The notes under the pieces: generated by a model
The model's input: the letters and a program-made list of their open reading frames with translations, nothing else
Databases searched by the model: none
What the model was told of the DNA's origin: nothing
Shown: positions 43,384 to 52,505 of the stretch, piece by piece
Layout: every line of letters starts with the position of its first letter
Numbering within the stretch: the stretch's first letter is position 1
Source of the DNA: Thermoplasmata archaeon
GTDB taxonomy: Archaea > Thermoplasmatota > Thermoplasmata > Lutacidiplasmatales > UBA184
Length of the DNA: 64,000 nucleotides
Assembly: GCA_033854115.1 (NCBI GenBank)
Contig: JAWOKS010000025.1
Span: 19,781-83,780, forward strand
Reading direction: 5' to 3'
Made by a program: the position numbers and the translations under genes

Positions 43384-44412
43384 ATGACGGCCTCCGGGGA
43401 CGCTGAGCTCCCGCGGTGTCCGTCGTGCGGACGGCCGAACCCGGCGGGCGGCCGGACCTGCTGGAACTGTGGGACGGCGCTCGGCCCCGCGCCGGGATCG
43501 GGGCGGCCCGCCCCTTCCGGGGAGGCGCCTCCCTTCGCCCGGGCGCCGACGCGGGGCGCTCCCTCGCCATCGGGGCGGGACCCTGACCTCGACGACGAGC
43601 CGGACCTTGAAGAGCCCCGCTCGAAGCCGTCGCGTGCCCGCCCGTCGAAGGGACGCGGCGCTGCGCCCCCGTACCGCCGACGCCGGCGGCATCGCGACGC
43701 AGCGATCGTGCTGGTCACGCTGGTCGTGATCGGGATTGCGATCCTGCTCGTGCTCGAGAGCGGGATCCTCGTCCCCCGCCCCCCGGTCGTCTACGGGACC
43801 CCGCTCTACTACAGCCAGTTCATCGGCGTCGCCGAGCTCTCCCAGAGCCGGACGCCCGGCGGACCGTGGACGCCCGTCGCGGTCCTCGGGCTCGGCGTGG
43901 GCTCGAGCACGTCGGGTTCCAGCGCCGCCCGCACCCTCGAGGGGAGCGGGTGCGCGCCCCGCTGGTCGAACGCGAGCTCGCCGATCGTCCCCGCGACGCC
44001 GTCGGACGCGCACGTCGGCGCGGTCTCGGCCTGGTTCCTGATCTCGTCCGATGCGTACGGGGACCTGCTCCTCACCGTGGTCACCTACACCTCGGATGCG
44101 CCCGAGGGCGCGGCCCTCGCCATCGTGCCGGGGACGTGCGCCTCGGCCTACGCCGGGGGCGGGGCGGTCCCGACCTCGGTCGTCGACTCTCCGGTGGTGG
44201 TCAACCGGACGAACCACGCCGGCGGGACCTCGTTCCTCCAGAACAACTCGGTCGCCTCGGAGGAGCTCGAGATCCAGGGCCCGTACTGGATCGTCACCTA
44301 CTCCACGTGCCCGTTCTTCGCGACCCGCGGTCACGGCTCCGAGTTCGTCGCGACCTACGGTGCGGTCAACGGTGTCTACGTCGACGCGACCTCGCAGTCG
44401 GTGACCTGCTAG
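43384..44412 (+). CDS. Zinc-ribbon membrane protein of unknown function
   Basis: MTASGDAELPRCPSCGRPNPAGGRTCWNCG is a CxxC...CxxC ribbon. It is followed by a disordered basic linker, a TM helix (AAIVLVTLVVIGIAILLVL) and a ~220-aa Ser/Thr/Val/Gly-rich ectodomain with N-x-S/T sites. The track ORF starts at 43174; I prefer ATG 43384. Confidence 0.6.
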   Translation: MTASGDAELPRCPSCGRPNPAGGRTCWNCGTALGPAPGSGRPAPSGEAPPFARAPTRGAPSPSGRDPDLDDEPDLEEPRSKPSRARPSKGRGAAPPYRRRRRHRDAAIVLVTLVVIGIAILLVLESGILVPRPPVVYGTPLYYSQFIGVAELSQSRTPGGPWTPVAVLGLGVGSSTSGSSAARTLEGSGCAPRWSNASSPIVPATPSDAHVGAVSAWFLISSDAYGDLLLTVVTYTSDAPEGAALAIVPGTCASAYAGGGAVPTSVVDSPVVVNRTNHAGGTSFLQNNSVASEELEIQGPYWIVTYSTCPFFATRGHGSEFVATYGAVNGVYVDATSQSVTC

Positions 44413-44551
44413 GGATCGCGGGGGGCGCGGAGCGCCCCGGATACGGGCCGTGACCTTCGGCGCGAAGCGAAGGACCTCGAGGTCGCGGCGCAGGGTACCC
44501 GCGCCGGCGAGCGACCGCCGAGCCCATATCCCGGGGACGCTCGGGCTTTCG

Positions 44552-46162
44552 ATGCCCTCGCGGACCCGGCGCGCCCGCGGTCAGCGCCCTCGCCGTCCGG
44601 TCCCCGCGCGCCGGAGCCCCCGTCGTTCCCGCCCCGCCCACGAGCCGTTCTTCGACGCGGACCTTCCCCCGGCCGAGTTCCGCCGGCTCGGCCATCACGC
44701 GATCGACCTGCTCGCGGAGTACTACGCCGGACTCCGCGCGCGGCGGATCCTGCCCGTGACCCCGGGGCCGCCGCCGTTCGCGGAGCCGCTGCCGCAACGG
44801 GGGGCGGACCCTCGCCACCTCCTCGACCGCTGGACCCGCGAGGTCGTTCCGGCGTCGGCGCACCTCGGCTCCCCCCGCTTCTTCGGCTACGTCCACGGTT
44901 CCGGTCTCCAGCTCGCCGCGCTCGCGGACCTGCTCGCCGCCGGCCAGAACTCGAACGTCGCCGACCGGCGGATGTCGCCCGCGGAGTCCGAGATCGAGCG
45001 CTGCGTCGTACGGTGGATCGCCGAGATGATCGGCTATCCGGCGGACTGCGGAGGCTCGCTCGTGAGCGGCGGGATGGCCGCGAACCTCGAGGCGCTGCTC
45101 GTCGCCCTGCGCGCGACGGCCCCGTTCGACTCGGCCGAGGAGGGGCTCCAATCGTCCCACCGACAGGGCCGCTTCCTCGTCTACATGAACGGCCACGAGG
45201 GCCACGTCACGATTCGTCGCGCGGCCGACTTCCTCAACCTCGGCCGGGGGGCGGTCCGGGACGTTCCGTTCCGGGACGACTTCACGATGGACCCCGAGGC
45301 GCTCCGCCGGATGATCGGCGAGGACCGGGCCCGGGGCGACCAGCCGTTCTGCGTGGTCGCCCAGGCCGGCTCGATCAACGTCGGGGCGACCGACCCGCTC
45401 CCCGCGCTCGCGGACCTTTGCGGGGAGCAGGGCCTCTGGCTCCACGTCGACGGGGCGGCCGGGGCGTTCGGGGCGCTCCTGCCCGAGCTGCGGGACCAGT
45501 TCGTCGGCCTCGAGCGCGCGGACTCGGTGACCGTCGACCCCCACAAGTGGCTCTACCTCCCGAAGGAATGCGGCGCGCTCCTCGTCCGCGAGGAGGCGCG
45601 CCTTCGGCAGACGTTCCGCCTCGAGGCCGCCTACCTCGAGCGGCAGGAGGGCCCCACGGAGGGTGGGGAGAACTACCGCTCGCTCAGCATGCAGAGCTCG
45701 CGCGGCTTTCGCGCGCTCAAGGTCTGGATGGCCCTCCAGCAGCTCGGGACCGAGGGGTACCTCCGACTGTTCCGCCAGAACCTAGCCTGCGTCGCCCGCC
45801 TCGACCGTCGCGTACGCGACGACCCCGATTTCGAGGCGCTCCACGCTCCGCGCCTGTTCATCTACTCGTTCCGTTACCGTCCCCGCGAGCTCGAGGGGGG
45901 TCCGGGCGGACCCGGGCTGACCCTCGGCACGAGCATCTACCTCGACCGTCTGAACGACCGGATCGTCGAGCGGACGAACCGGACGGGGATCGTCTTCCTC
46001 ACGACCACGAAGATCCGGGGCCGGACGGCCCTCCGGGTCTCGGTCTGCAACCACCGGACCCGCCCGGCCGACATCGACCGCCTCTTCGCCCTCCTGAAAC
46101 AGACCGGCGCCCGCCTCCACGCCGAGGCGCTCAGGGACGACGAGGCCGGCGCCCGTCCCTAG
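44552..46162 (+). CDS. Group II pyridoxal-dependent amino-acid decarboxylase
   Basis: Contains SGGMAANLEAL, HVDGAAGAF, and SVTVDPHKWLYLPKECGALLV (PLP Lys in DPHKW). The start is uncertain (ATG 44552, or 44450 as in the track). Confidence 0.85.
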   Translation: MPSRTRRARGQRPRRPVPARRSPRRSRPAHEPFFDADLPPAEFRRLGHHAIDLLAEYYAGLRARRILPVTPGPPPFAEPLPQRGADPRHLLDRWTREVVPASAHLGSPRFFGYVHGSGLQLAALADLLAAGQNSNVADRRMSPAESEIERCVVRWIAEMIGYPADCGGSLVSGGMAANLEALLVALRATAPFDSAEEGLQSSHRQGRFLVYMNGHEGHVTIRRAADFLNLGRGAVRDVPFRDDFTMDPEALRRMIGEDRARGDQPFCVVAQAGSINVGATDPLPALADLCGEQGLWLHVDGAAGAFGALLPELRDQFVGLERADSVTVDPHKWLYLPKECGALLVREEARLRQTFRLEAAYLERQEGPTEGGENYRSLSMQSSRGFRALKVWMALQQLGTEGYLRLFRQNLACVARLDRRVRDDPDFEALHAPRLFIYSFRYRPRELEGGPGGPGLTLGTSIYLDRLNDRIVERTNRTGIVFLTTTKIRGRTALRVSVCNHRTRPADIDRLFALLKQTGARLHAEALRDDEAGARP

Positions 46163-46240
46163 GCCGGTCCGCGCGCTCGCGCACCCCCCTCGGCCGCCGG
46201 AGTCTTTAGCGGGGGGCTGCTGGCCCCGGCGACCCGAGCC

Positions 46241-47734
46241 ATGGACCACGCGATGCTCATCGGGGGCGAGTGGGTCACCGCCTCGGGCGAAGCGACGGTC
46301 CCCGTCACGAGCCCGTTCGATGGGTCCGATCTCGGCACCGTGCCCCGGTCGTCCCGCGAGGACGTCCGTCGGGCGATCGATGCGGCCCGCGAGGCGTTCG
46401 ACCGGGGTCCCTGGCCGAGGCTCGCGCCCCGGGCTCGGTCGGAGGTCCTCCTCCGTGCGGCCCAGCTCCTGAACCAGCGTCTCGGCGAGATCGCCGAGCT
46501 CGAGAGCCGCAACCAGGGGAAGACGATCAAGCAGGCCGCCGACGCGGACCTCCCGTTCTCGGTCGACAACCTCACGTTCTTCGCCGGGGCGGCCCGCACC
46601 CTCGAGGCGCGGAGCCCGGCCGAGTTCACGGGCGAGGGCACGACGATCCTCCGCCGCGAGCCGGTCGGCGTCGTCGGGGCGGTCACGCCGTGGAACTACC
46701 CGATCATGATCGCCGTCTGGAAGGTCGCGCCGGCGCTCGCGGTCGGCAACACCGTCGTGGTGAAGCCGGCGAGCTGGACACCACTCTCCACGCTCGAGCT
46801 CGCGCGGACCTTCCAGGACGCCGGCCTGCCGGACGGGGTCCTCAACGTCGTCACCGGGCCCGGCGCCGAGGTCGGGGACGAGCTCGCGCGCCACCCGGGC
46901 GTCGACCTCGTCTCGCTCACCGGGGACACGACGACGGGCCGCGAGGTGATGGCCGCGGCGAGCGGGACCGTGAAGCGCCTGCAGCTCGAGCTCGGAGGCA
47001 AGGCCCCGTTCCTCGTCTTCCCGGACGCCGACCTCGAGGCCGCGGTCGACGGGGCGATCGTCGCCGGGTTCGTGAACGGCGGGCAGGACTGCACGGCGGC
47101 GACGCGCCTCGTCGTGCACGCGAGCGTGCGGGCGAGGTTCGTCGAGCACCTCCTCGAGCGGATCCGGACGATCCGGGTCGGCGACCCCCTCGCGCGCTCG
47201 ACGGACCTCGGACCCCTTGTGAGCGTCCCGCACCAGCGCCGGGTCCTCGAGTTCGTCGCGAAGGGGCGCGACGAGGGCGCGACGCTCCGCGCCGGGGGGT
47301 CCGATGCTGCGGCCGAGCACCCCCGGGGAGCGTTCGTCCTGCCGACGGTCTTCGACGGAGTGACCCCCGAGATGACGATCGCCCAGCGGGAGATCTTCGG
47401 CCCGGTGCTCGCGGTCCTCGAGTTCACCACGTTCGACGAGGCGATCGCGGTCGCCAACGGGGTCGACTACGGGCTCGCGGCGAGCGTCTGGACCCGCGAC
47501 CTCCGCACCGCGATCCGCGCGGCCCACGCGCTCCGGTTCGGGGACGTCTGGGTGAACGACCACCTCCCGCTCGGCTCGGAGACGCCGCACGGGGGCGTGA
47601 AGCAGTCCGGGTTCGGCAAGGACCTCGGCGTCGACGCCCTCTACGACTACACGGCCCTCAAGAACATCTACGTCGACCTCACCGGCGCGCGTCGGAAGAG
47701 CTGGCACTACACCGTCTTCGGCGAGCCCGAATAG
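46241..47734 (+). CDS. NAD(P)-dependent aldehyde dehydrogenase
   Basis: Contains VTPWNYP, LQLELGGKAP (catalytic Glu), GFVNGGQDCTAATR (catalytic Cys), and REIFGPV. Confidence 0.9.
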   Translation: MDHAMLIGGEWVTASGEATVPVTSPFDGSDLGTVPRSSREDVRRAIDAAREAFDRGPWPRLAPRARSEVLLRAAQLLNQRLGEIAELESRNQGKTIKQAADADLPFSVDNLTFFAGAARTLEARSPAEFTGEGTTILRREPVGVVGAVTPWNYPIMIAVWKVAPALAVGNTVVVKPASWTPLSTLELARTFQDAGLPDGVLNVVTGPGAEVGDELARHPGVDLVSLTGDTTTGREVMAAASGTVKRLQLELGGKAPFLVFPDADLEAAVDGAIVAGFVNGGQDCTAATRLVVHASVRARFVEHLLERIRTIRVGDPLARSTDLGPLVSVPHQRRVLEFVAKGRDEGATLRAGGSDAAAEHPRGAFVLPTVFDGVTPEMTIAQREIFGPVLAVLEFTTFDEAIAVANGVDYGLAASVWTRDLRTAIRAAHALRFGDVWVNDHLPLGSETPHGGVKQSGFGKDLGVDALYDYTALKNIYVDLTGARRKSWHYTVFGEPE

Positions 47735-47742
47735 GACCGGCC

Positions 47743-49227
47743 GTGGCCGAGGCAAGCCCGACGGGAGGTCGCGCGGAGCTCTTCCTCGGAGGTCGCTGGC
47801 AGCCCCCGCGCGACGGTCGGCACGCCCCGGTCGTCGACCCGTCGACCGGCCGGCCCCTCGGCGAGGCGCCCGTCGCCTCCCCCGACGACGCGCGGGCGGC
47901 GGTCGACGCGGCGGCGGAGGCCGAGGAGCGCTGGGGCGCGGTGCCGGGGCACGAGCGGGCGCGCCTGTTGCGCCGGCTGAGCGAGCGGATCGCCCTCGAC
48001 CGCGACGGGCTCGCGACCCTCATCGCGCGCGAGGTGGGCAAGCCGATCGCCGACGCGCGCACCGAGGTCGACCGGGCGGTCGAGGTCGTCGCGTTCGCCG
48101 CGGACGAGGTCCGCCATCTCACCGGCGAGAGCTTCCCGGCCGACGCCTACGACCGGCCGGCGGGCAACGAGCAGCGCCTCCTCTTCACCGTCCGTGAGCC
48201 GATCGGGGTCGTCGTCGCGATCGGCCCGTTCAACTTCCCGCTCAACCTCGTCTGCCACAAGCTCGCGCCGGCGCTCGCCGCCGGCAACCCGGTCGTGGTG
48301 AAGCCCGCGGGCGCCGCCCCCCTCACCGCGCTGCGCCTCGCCGGGCACGTGGAGGCGGTCGGCTTCCCCGCGGGCTCGGTGAGCGTCGTTCCCGGTCCGG
48401 GCGCGACGGTCGGCGACGCCCTCGTCGACCACCCGCGGAGCCGGATGATCACGTTCACGGGCTCGACGGCGGTCGGGAAGCACATCGCCGAACGCGCCGG
48501 GCGGCGGGCCGCCCGCGTCCTCCTCGAGATGGGGGGCGTCGATCCCCTCGTGGTGCTCGAGGACGCCCCGCTCGACGCCGCCGTCGCGGCGGCCGTGCGC
48601 GGGACGTTCGGCTACGCCGGCCAGGTCTGCACCGCCTCGAAGCGGCTCCTCGTCCAGGCCCCGGTCGCCGAGCGCTTCGCCCGCGCGCTCGCGGAGAAGG
48701 TCGGCGCCCTGCGCGTCGGTCCGGCGCTCGAGGAGGAGACCGAGGTCGGGCCCGTGATCGACCGCGCGGCGATCGAGCGCCTCGAGACCCTGGTCGACGA
48801 CGCCCGCGCGCGGTCGGCGAAGGTCCTCATCGGGGGCGCTCGCCTCGCGCGCGGTGGCGGAACGTTCTACGCCCCGACGGTCCTCGACGAGGTCCCCGAG
48901 GAGGCGCGCGTTGTGTGCGAGGAGCCGTTCGGCCCCGTCGCCCCGATCGTGCGGTTCTCGGACGCCGAGGAGGCGGTCCGCCTCGCGAACGCGACGCCCT
49001 ACGGCCTCCAGGCGTCGGTCTTCACGCGGGACCTCGCGCGGGCCTTCGCGCTCGCCCGGCGGATCCGGGCGGGCAGCGTGCACCTCAACGACCCGACGAC
49101 CCTCCGGTGGGACGCGCTCCCGTTCGGCGGGGTCCGGGACAGCGGGCTCGGCCGCGAGGGGCTCCGCTACGCGATGCAGGAGATGACCGAGGGGAAGCTC
49201 ATCTCGGTCAACTACGCCGGCGGCTGA
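47743..49227 (+). CDS. NAD(P)-dependent aldehyde dehydrogenase (second, non-identical paralog)
   Basis: Contains GPFNFPLNL, LLEMGGVDP (Glu), FGYAGQVCTASKR (Cys), and EEPFGPV. GTG 47743 is the first start after the stop of the previous gene. The 985-aa track ORF 46270..49227 is off-frame over the first ALDH. Confidence 0.85.
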   Translation: MAEASPTGGRAELFLGGRWQPPRDGRHAPVVDPSTGRPLGEAPVASPDDARAAVDAAAEAEERWGAVPGHERARLLRRLSERIALDRDGLATLIAREVGKPIADARTEVDRAVEVVAFAADEVRHLTGESFPADAYDRPAGNEQRLLFTVREPIGVVVAIGPFNFPLNLVCHKLAPALAAGNPVVVKPAGAAPLTALRLAGHVEAVGFPAGSVSVVPGPGATVGDALVDHPRSRMITFTGSTAVGKHIAERAGRRAARVLLEMGGVDPLVVLEDAPLDAAVAAAVRGTFGYAGQVCTASKRLLVQAPVAERFARALAEKVGALRVGPALEEETEVGPVIDRAAIERLETLVDDARARSAKVLIGGARLARGGGTFYAPTVLDEVPEEARVVCEEPFGPVAPIVRFSDAEEAVRLANATPYGLQASVFTRDLARAFALARRIRAGSVHLNDPTTLRWDALPFGGVRDSGLGREGLRYAMQEMTEGKLISVNYAGG

Positions 49228-50731
49228 CCGGGCCCTCGGAGCCGTCGAGCGACGGCCCGGGGACCGGCGGGACCCCGGGCACCGGCACCGCGTGCTCGCT
49301 CGGCCGTCGGAGCTCGGCGGGCACGGCCGGGGCATGGACCGCGCGCGAGCTCCTCGGGGGCTCGGGCGACCCCTCGAGGCTCTCGAGCCCATCCTCGAAC
49401 GCGGCGAGGCCCCGCTCGAGCAGCTCGTCCTCGATCACGAGGGGGGCCATGAACCGGAGCACCTGGTCCCAGGCGCCCGCCGTGTGCATGAGGACCCCGC
49501 GGGCGAGGAGCGCCGCCCGCATCGCCTTCGCCCGGTCGCCCCAGGGCGCGCGGCTCGTCCGGTCGCGCACGAACTCGACGCCGACCATGAACCCCCGGCC
49601 GCGGACGTCGCCGATCGACGGATGGCGCTCGGCCATGCCGCGGAACCGGCGGAGGAGCGCCTCGCCCCGCGACGCGGTCCGGTCGAGGAGGTCCCCCTCC
49701 CGTAGCACGCGGAGGGTCTCGGTGCCCAGCGCGAGGGCGAGCGGGTTCCCCCGGAACGTCCCGAGGTGGAACCCCCGCGGGAGCTCCTTCACGAGGTCGG
49801 CCCGGTAGGCGACCGCCGCGAGCGGGAGGCCCCCTCCGATCGACTTCGACACGCACAGGATGTCCGGGGTGACCCGCGCATGCTCGACAGCCCAGAGCTT
49901 CCCGGTCCGCCCGAGCCCGGTCTGGACCTCATCCACGATGAGGAGAAGGTCGTGTCGGTCGCAGAACTCGCGCAGCGACGGCAGGAAATCGTCCGGAGGC
50001 ACGACGTACCCGCCCTCGCCCAGGATCGGCTCGACGACGACCGAGGCGACGGTGTCGACCCCGGAGCCCGGGTCGCCGAGGAGGTGCTCGAGGTAGGCGA
50101 TCGTCCCGGCCGACCCCTCGTCGGCCCCAAGGACCGGACGGTAGGGGTTCGGGTACGGCACCCGGATCACCGAGCCGCCCCGGAACGACGACGTCGCCCG
50201 GTAGCGGCGCCCGCCGGTGAGGTTGACGACCCCTCCGTGGACCCCGTGGTAGGCCCCCGAGAACGCGACGGTGCCGTGGCGGCCCTGGGCGAAGTCGGCG
50301 AGGTTCACCGCGGTCTCGACGGCGTCCCCGCCCGTCACGGAGAGGTAGATGCGCGCACGGTGCGCGAGACGGCCCGGAAGCGCCCCTTCGAGCTCCTCGA
50401 GGAACGCGACCCGGGCCTCGGTCGGGAGCTCAAGCGCATGCCAGATCGCACCGGCCTGGCGCTCGAGCGCCGCAACGAGACGCGGGTGGCGGTGCCCGAG
50501 ATTCAGGACGGAAACGCCCGAGACCCAGTCGATGAAGCGGTTCCCGTCGACGTCCTCGATCGTGGAGCCCTGCGCGACCCGGGGCGCGATCGGGAAGTAG
50601 TGCGGGTAGGCGATCGCCTCGGTCTCGGTCCGGGCCTGGGCCGCGAGCAGCTCCCGGGACTTCGGTCCCGGCGGCGGATGAACGATCCTCGGGGCGTCCG
50701 GGAAGCTGAGCCAGTCCGCCCGCCGGGTCAC
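49208..50731 (-). CDS. Class III PLP aminotransferase (4-aminobutyrate / acetylornithine aminotransferase-like)
   Basis: Contains AFSGAYHGVHGG, LIVDEVQTGLGRTGKLWAVEH, and CVSKSIGGGLPLAAV (PLP Lys). It has a ~60-aa Pro-rich C-terminal tail that overlaps the convergent ALDH gene by 20 nt. Confidence 0.85.
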   Translation of the reverse strand: MTRRADWLSFPDAPRIVHPPPGPKSRELLAAQARTETEAIAYPHYFPIAPRVAQGSTIEDVDGNRFIDWVSGVSVLNLGHRHPRLVAALERQAGAIWHALELPTEARVAFLEELEGALPGRLAHRARIYLSVTGGDAVETAVNLADFAQGRHGTVAFSGAYHGVHGGVVNLTGGRRYRATSSFRGGSVIRVPYPNPYRPVLGADEGSAGTIAYLEHLLGDPGSGVDTVASVVVEPILGEGGYVVPPDDFLPSLREFCDRHDLLLIVDEVQTGLGRTGKLWAVEHARVTPDILCVSKSIGGGLPLAAVAYRADLVKELPRGFHLGTFRGNPLALALGTETLRVLREGDLLDRTASRGEALLRRFRGMAERHPSIGDVRGRGFMVGVEFVRDRTSRAPWGDRAKAMRAALLARGVLMHTAGAWDQVLRFMAPLVIEDELLERGLAAFEDGLESLEGSPEPPRSSRAVHAPAVPAELRRPSEHAVPVPGVPPVPGPSLDGSEGPVSRRRS

Positions 50732-50832
50732 GGTCCCTCCGCGACGGGAATGGTCTCCCGCGGGCTAATACGATTCGCTCCCCGGGAGTCCACCTTCCGG
50801 GCTCGGGCCGCGGCGCACCACGCGCCAGAGAG

Positions 50833-50907
50833 TGCTCCCGGCGGGATTTGAACCCGCGTTACGGGGTCGAAGGCCCCGAATCCTTGGCCGGACTAGACTA
50901 CGGGAGC
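50833..50907 (-). tRNA. tRNA-Glu (anticodon UUC), 75 nt, no encoded CCA
   Basis: Folded by hand. The acceptor is GCTCCCG/CGGGAGC and the D-arm is GTCT..GGAT. The anticodon stem CGGGG/CCCCG carries loop CCTTCGA. T-arm is GCGGG-TTCAAAT-CCCGC, with discriminator A. Position 33 reads C rather than the usual U. Confidence 0.8.
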
Positions 50908-51009
50908 ACCGCGCCAGCCGCGGTAGGAGCCCGGGCCCTTGAAGTGTTCCCGCCCCGGGGGCGTCCCCCCCTGGGCGCCCCGATCACGCGCCCGACCCCA
51001 GGGACGCCG

Positions 51010-51741
51010 CTACCCCTCGCGCAGGCCCTCGAGCGCGTACGGGACGTAGGCGTGACGCGGGAGGTACTCGCCCCGCCGCTGGCCGGTGGCGGCGTAGATC
51101 GTCCGCTCGCCGATCTTGCAGGCGTTGTCGGCGATCCGCTCGAAGTGACGAGCCACGAGGAGAGCCCCGGCGAGACGCGGGGCCGCGCGGGGGTCGTCCA
51201 CCAAGCGCCCGACGATCGCCCGCATCGCCTCGCCGTGCATCCGGTCGACCTCGTCGTCGAGCGCGAAGAGGCCCTTCGCTCCCTCGGCATCCCCCTCCTT
51301 CAGCACGGTGAGGGCCCGGCGCACGAGCGCCTCGACCGCCCGGTCCATCGGACCGAGGAGCGCATCGATCGCGGACGCCCGAGGCCCTTCGGGAGGCCTC
51401 GTCATCCGGGCCATGTCGAAACCGAGGCGTCCGATGCGGTCGAGGTGCGTCGTGGACTTCAGAAGAGCCGCGGCGGACCGGAGGTCCCCGGCGGCGGGCT
51501 GCCGGACGACGAGGAAGCCGATCACCTCGTGCTCCACCTCCTGGTCGAGACGGTCGAGCTCGGTGTCCCGGTCCAGCACCTTCTGAGCGAGCCCGAGGTC
51601 CCCCGTGCGGAACGCTTCCCATCCGTCGTGCACCATGTCGAGGGCCCAGGTCCCCATCTCGACCGCGCGCGCGGTGAGGTGGGCGAGCTCGGCCTCGAGG
51701 CGCCGCCGGCCGTCCTCGCTCGGTCCTGCTCCTTCGGTCAT
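51010..51741 (-). CDS. phoU: Phosphate transport system regulator PhoU
   Basis: It has two PhoU repeats (LDRDTELDRLDQEVEHEV... and VARHFERIADNACKIGE). It is the last gene of the pst operon and overlaps pstB by 4 nt. Confidence 0.85.
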   Translation of the reverse strand: MTEGAGPSEDGRRRLEAELAHLTARAVEMGTWALDMVHDGWEAFRTGDLGLAQKVLDRDTELDRLDQEVEHEVIGFLVVRQPAAGDLRSAAALLKSTTHLDRIGRLGFDMARMTRPPEGPRASAIDALLGPMDRAVEALVRRALTVLKEGDAEGAKGLFALDDEVDRMHGEAMRAIVGRLVDDPRAAPRLAGALLVARHFERIADNACKIGERTIYAATGQRRGEYLPRHAYVPYALEGLREG

Positions 51742-52505
51742 CCGAACCTCCCGGTGATGTACTCCTGGGTAAGCCGTTCACGGGGCCGCTCGAAGAGGTC
51801 CTCGGTCGGCCCGAACTCGACGAGGCGCCCCTCGTAGAGGAACGCAGTGCGGCTCGCGACCCTCGCGGCCTGCTGGAGATTGTGGGTGACGATCACGACC
51901 GTGTAGTCCGACTTCAGCTCGAAGAACAGTTCCTCGATCTTCCGGGCGGCGATCGGGTCGAGGCTCGCGGTCGGCTCGTCGAACAGGAGGACCCGGGGTT
52001 CGATCGCGAGCGCCCGGGCGATGCAGAGCCGCTGCTGCTGGCCGCCGGAAAGCTCGAGCCCCGGGCGGTCGAGGTCGGCGGCGACCTCCTTCCAGAGCCC
52101 GGCCCGCCGGAGCGAGCCCTCGACGACACGTTCGACCGTCCCGTCGTCCTCCCCCTGCAACCGCAGCCCGAAGGCGACGTTCTCGTAGATCGAGAGCGGG
52201 AAGACCGCGGGTCGCTGGAACACCATCCCGATCCGCTGACGCACGAGCACCGGGTTCACCTCCGGGGCGTAGAGGTCCTGGCCCCGGTAGCGGACCGTCC
52301 CCTCCACCGTGAGCCCCGGACTCGTCTCGATCATACGGTTGAGCGTCCGGATGAGCGTCGTCTTGCCGCACCCGGACGGTCCGATGATCCCCGTGACATC
52401 CTTGTCCGGGACCTCGAGCGAGACGTCCTCGAGGATCGTGCGCGCGCGTGCCCGGACCGTGAGGTGGTCGGCGCTCAGGACCGGGACCTCGGAGCTCGCC
52501 GTCAT
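51738..52505 (-). CDS. pstB: Phosphate ABC transporter ATP-binding protein
   Basis: Contains GIIGPSGCGKTTLIRTLNRM (Walker A), LSGGQQQRLCIARAL (ABC signature) and LLFDEPTASLD (Walker B). ATG 52505 overlaps the pstA stop (ATGA). The 525-aa track ORF is over-extended. Confidence 0.9.
   Translation of the reverse strand: MTASSEVPVLSADHLTVRARARTILEDVSLEVPDKDVTGIIGPSGCGKTTLIRTLNRMIETSPGLTVEGTVRYRGQDLYAPEVNPVLVRQRIGMVFQRPAVFPLSIYENVAFGLRLQGEDDGTVERVVEGSLRRAGLWKEVAADLDRPGLELSGGQQQRLCIARALAIEPRVLLFDEPTASLDPIAARKIEELFFELKSDYTVVIVTHNLQQAARVASRTAFLYEGRLVEFGPTEDLFERPRERLTQEYITGRFG

Noticed and set aside
46270-49227. 985-aa ORF that could be read as a giant double aldehyde dehydrogenase.
   Set aside because: Its first ~490 codons are an alternative frame over ALDH1 (46241..47734, which has its own stop). 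Only the part from GTG 47743 onward carries ALDH motifs.
50833-50907. Alternative folding of the tRNA to restore U33 or give a different anticodon (e.g. CUU).
   Set aside because: Shifting the anticodon stem by one base in either direction destroys base pairing (UCGGG/ACCCC or GGGGC/CCCGU). Acceptor-stem identity (GCUCCCG...CGGGAGCA) also fits tRNA-Glu.
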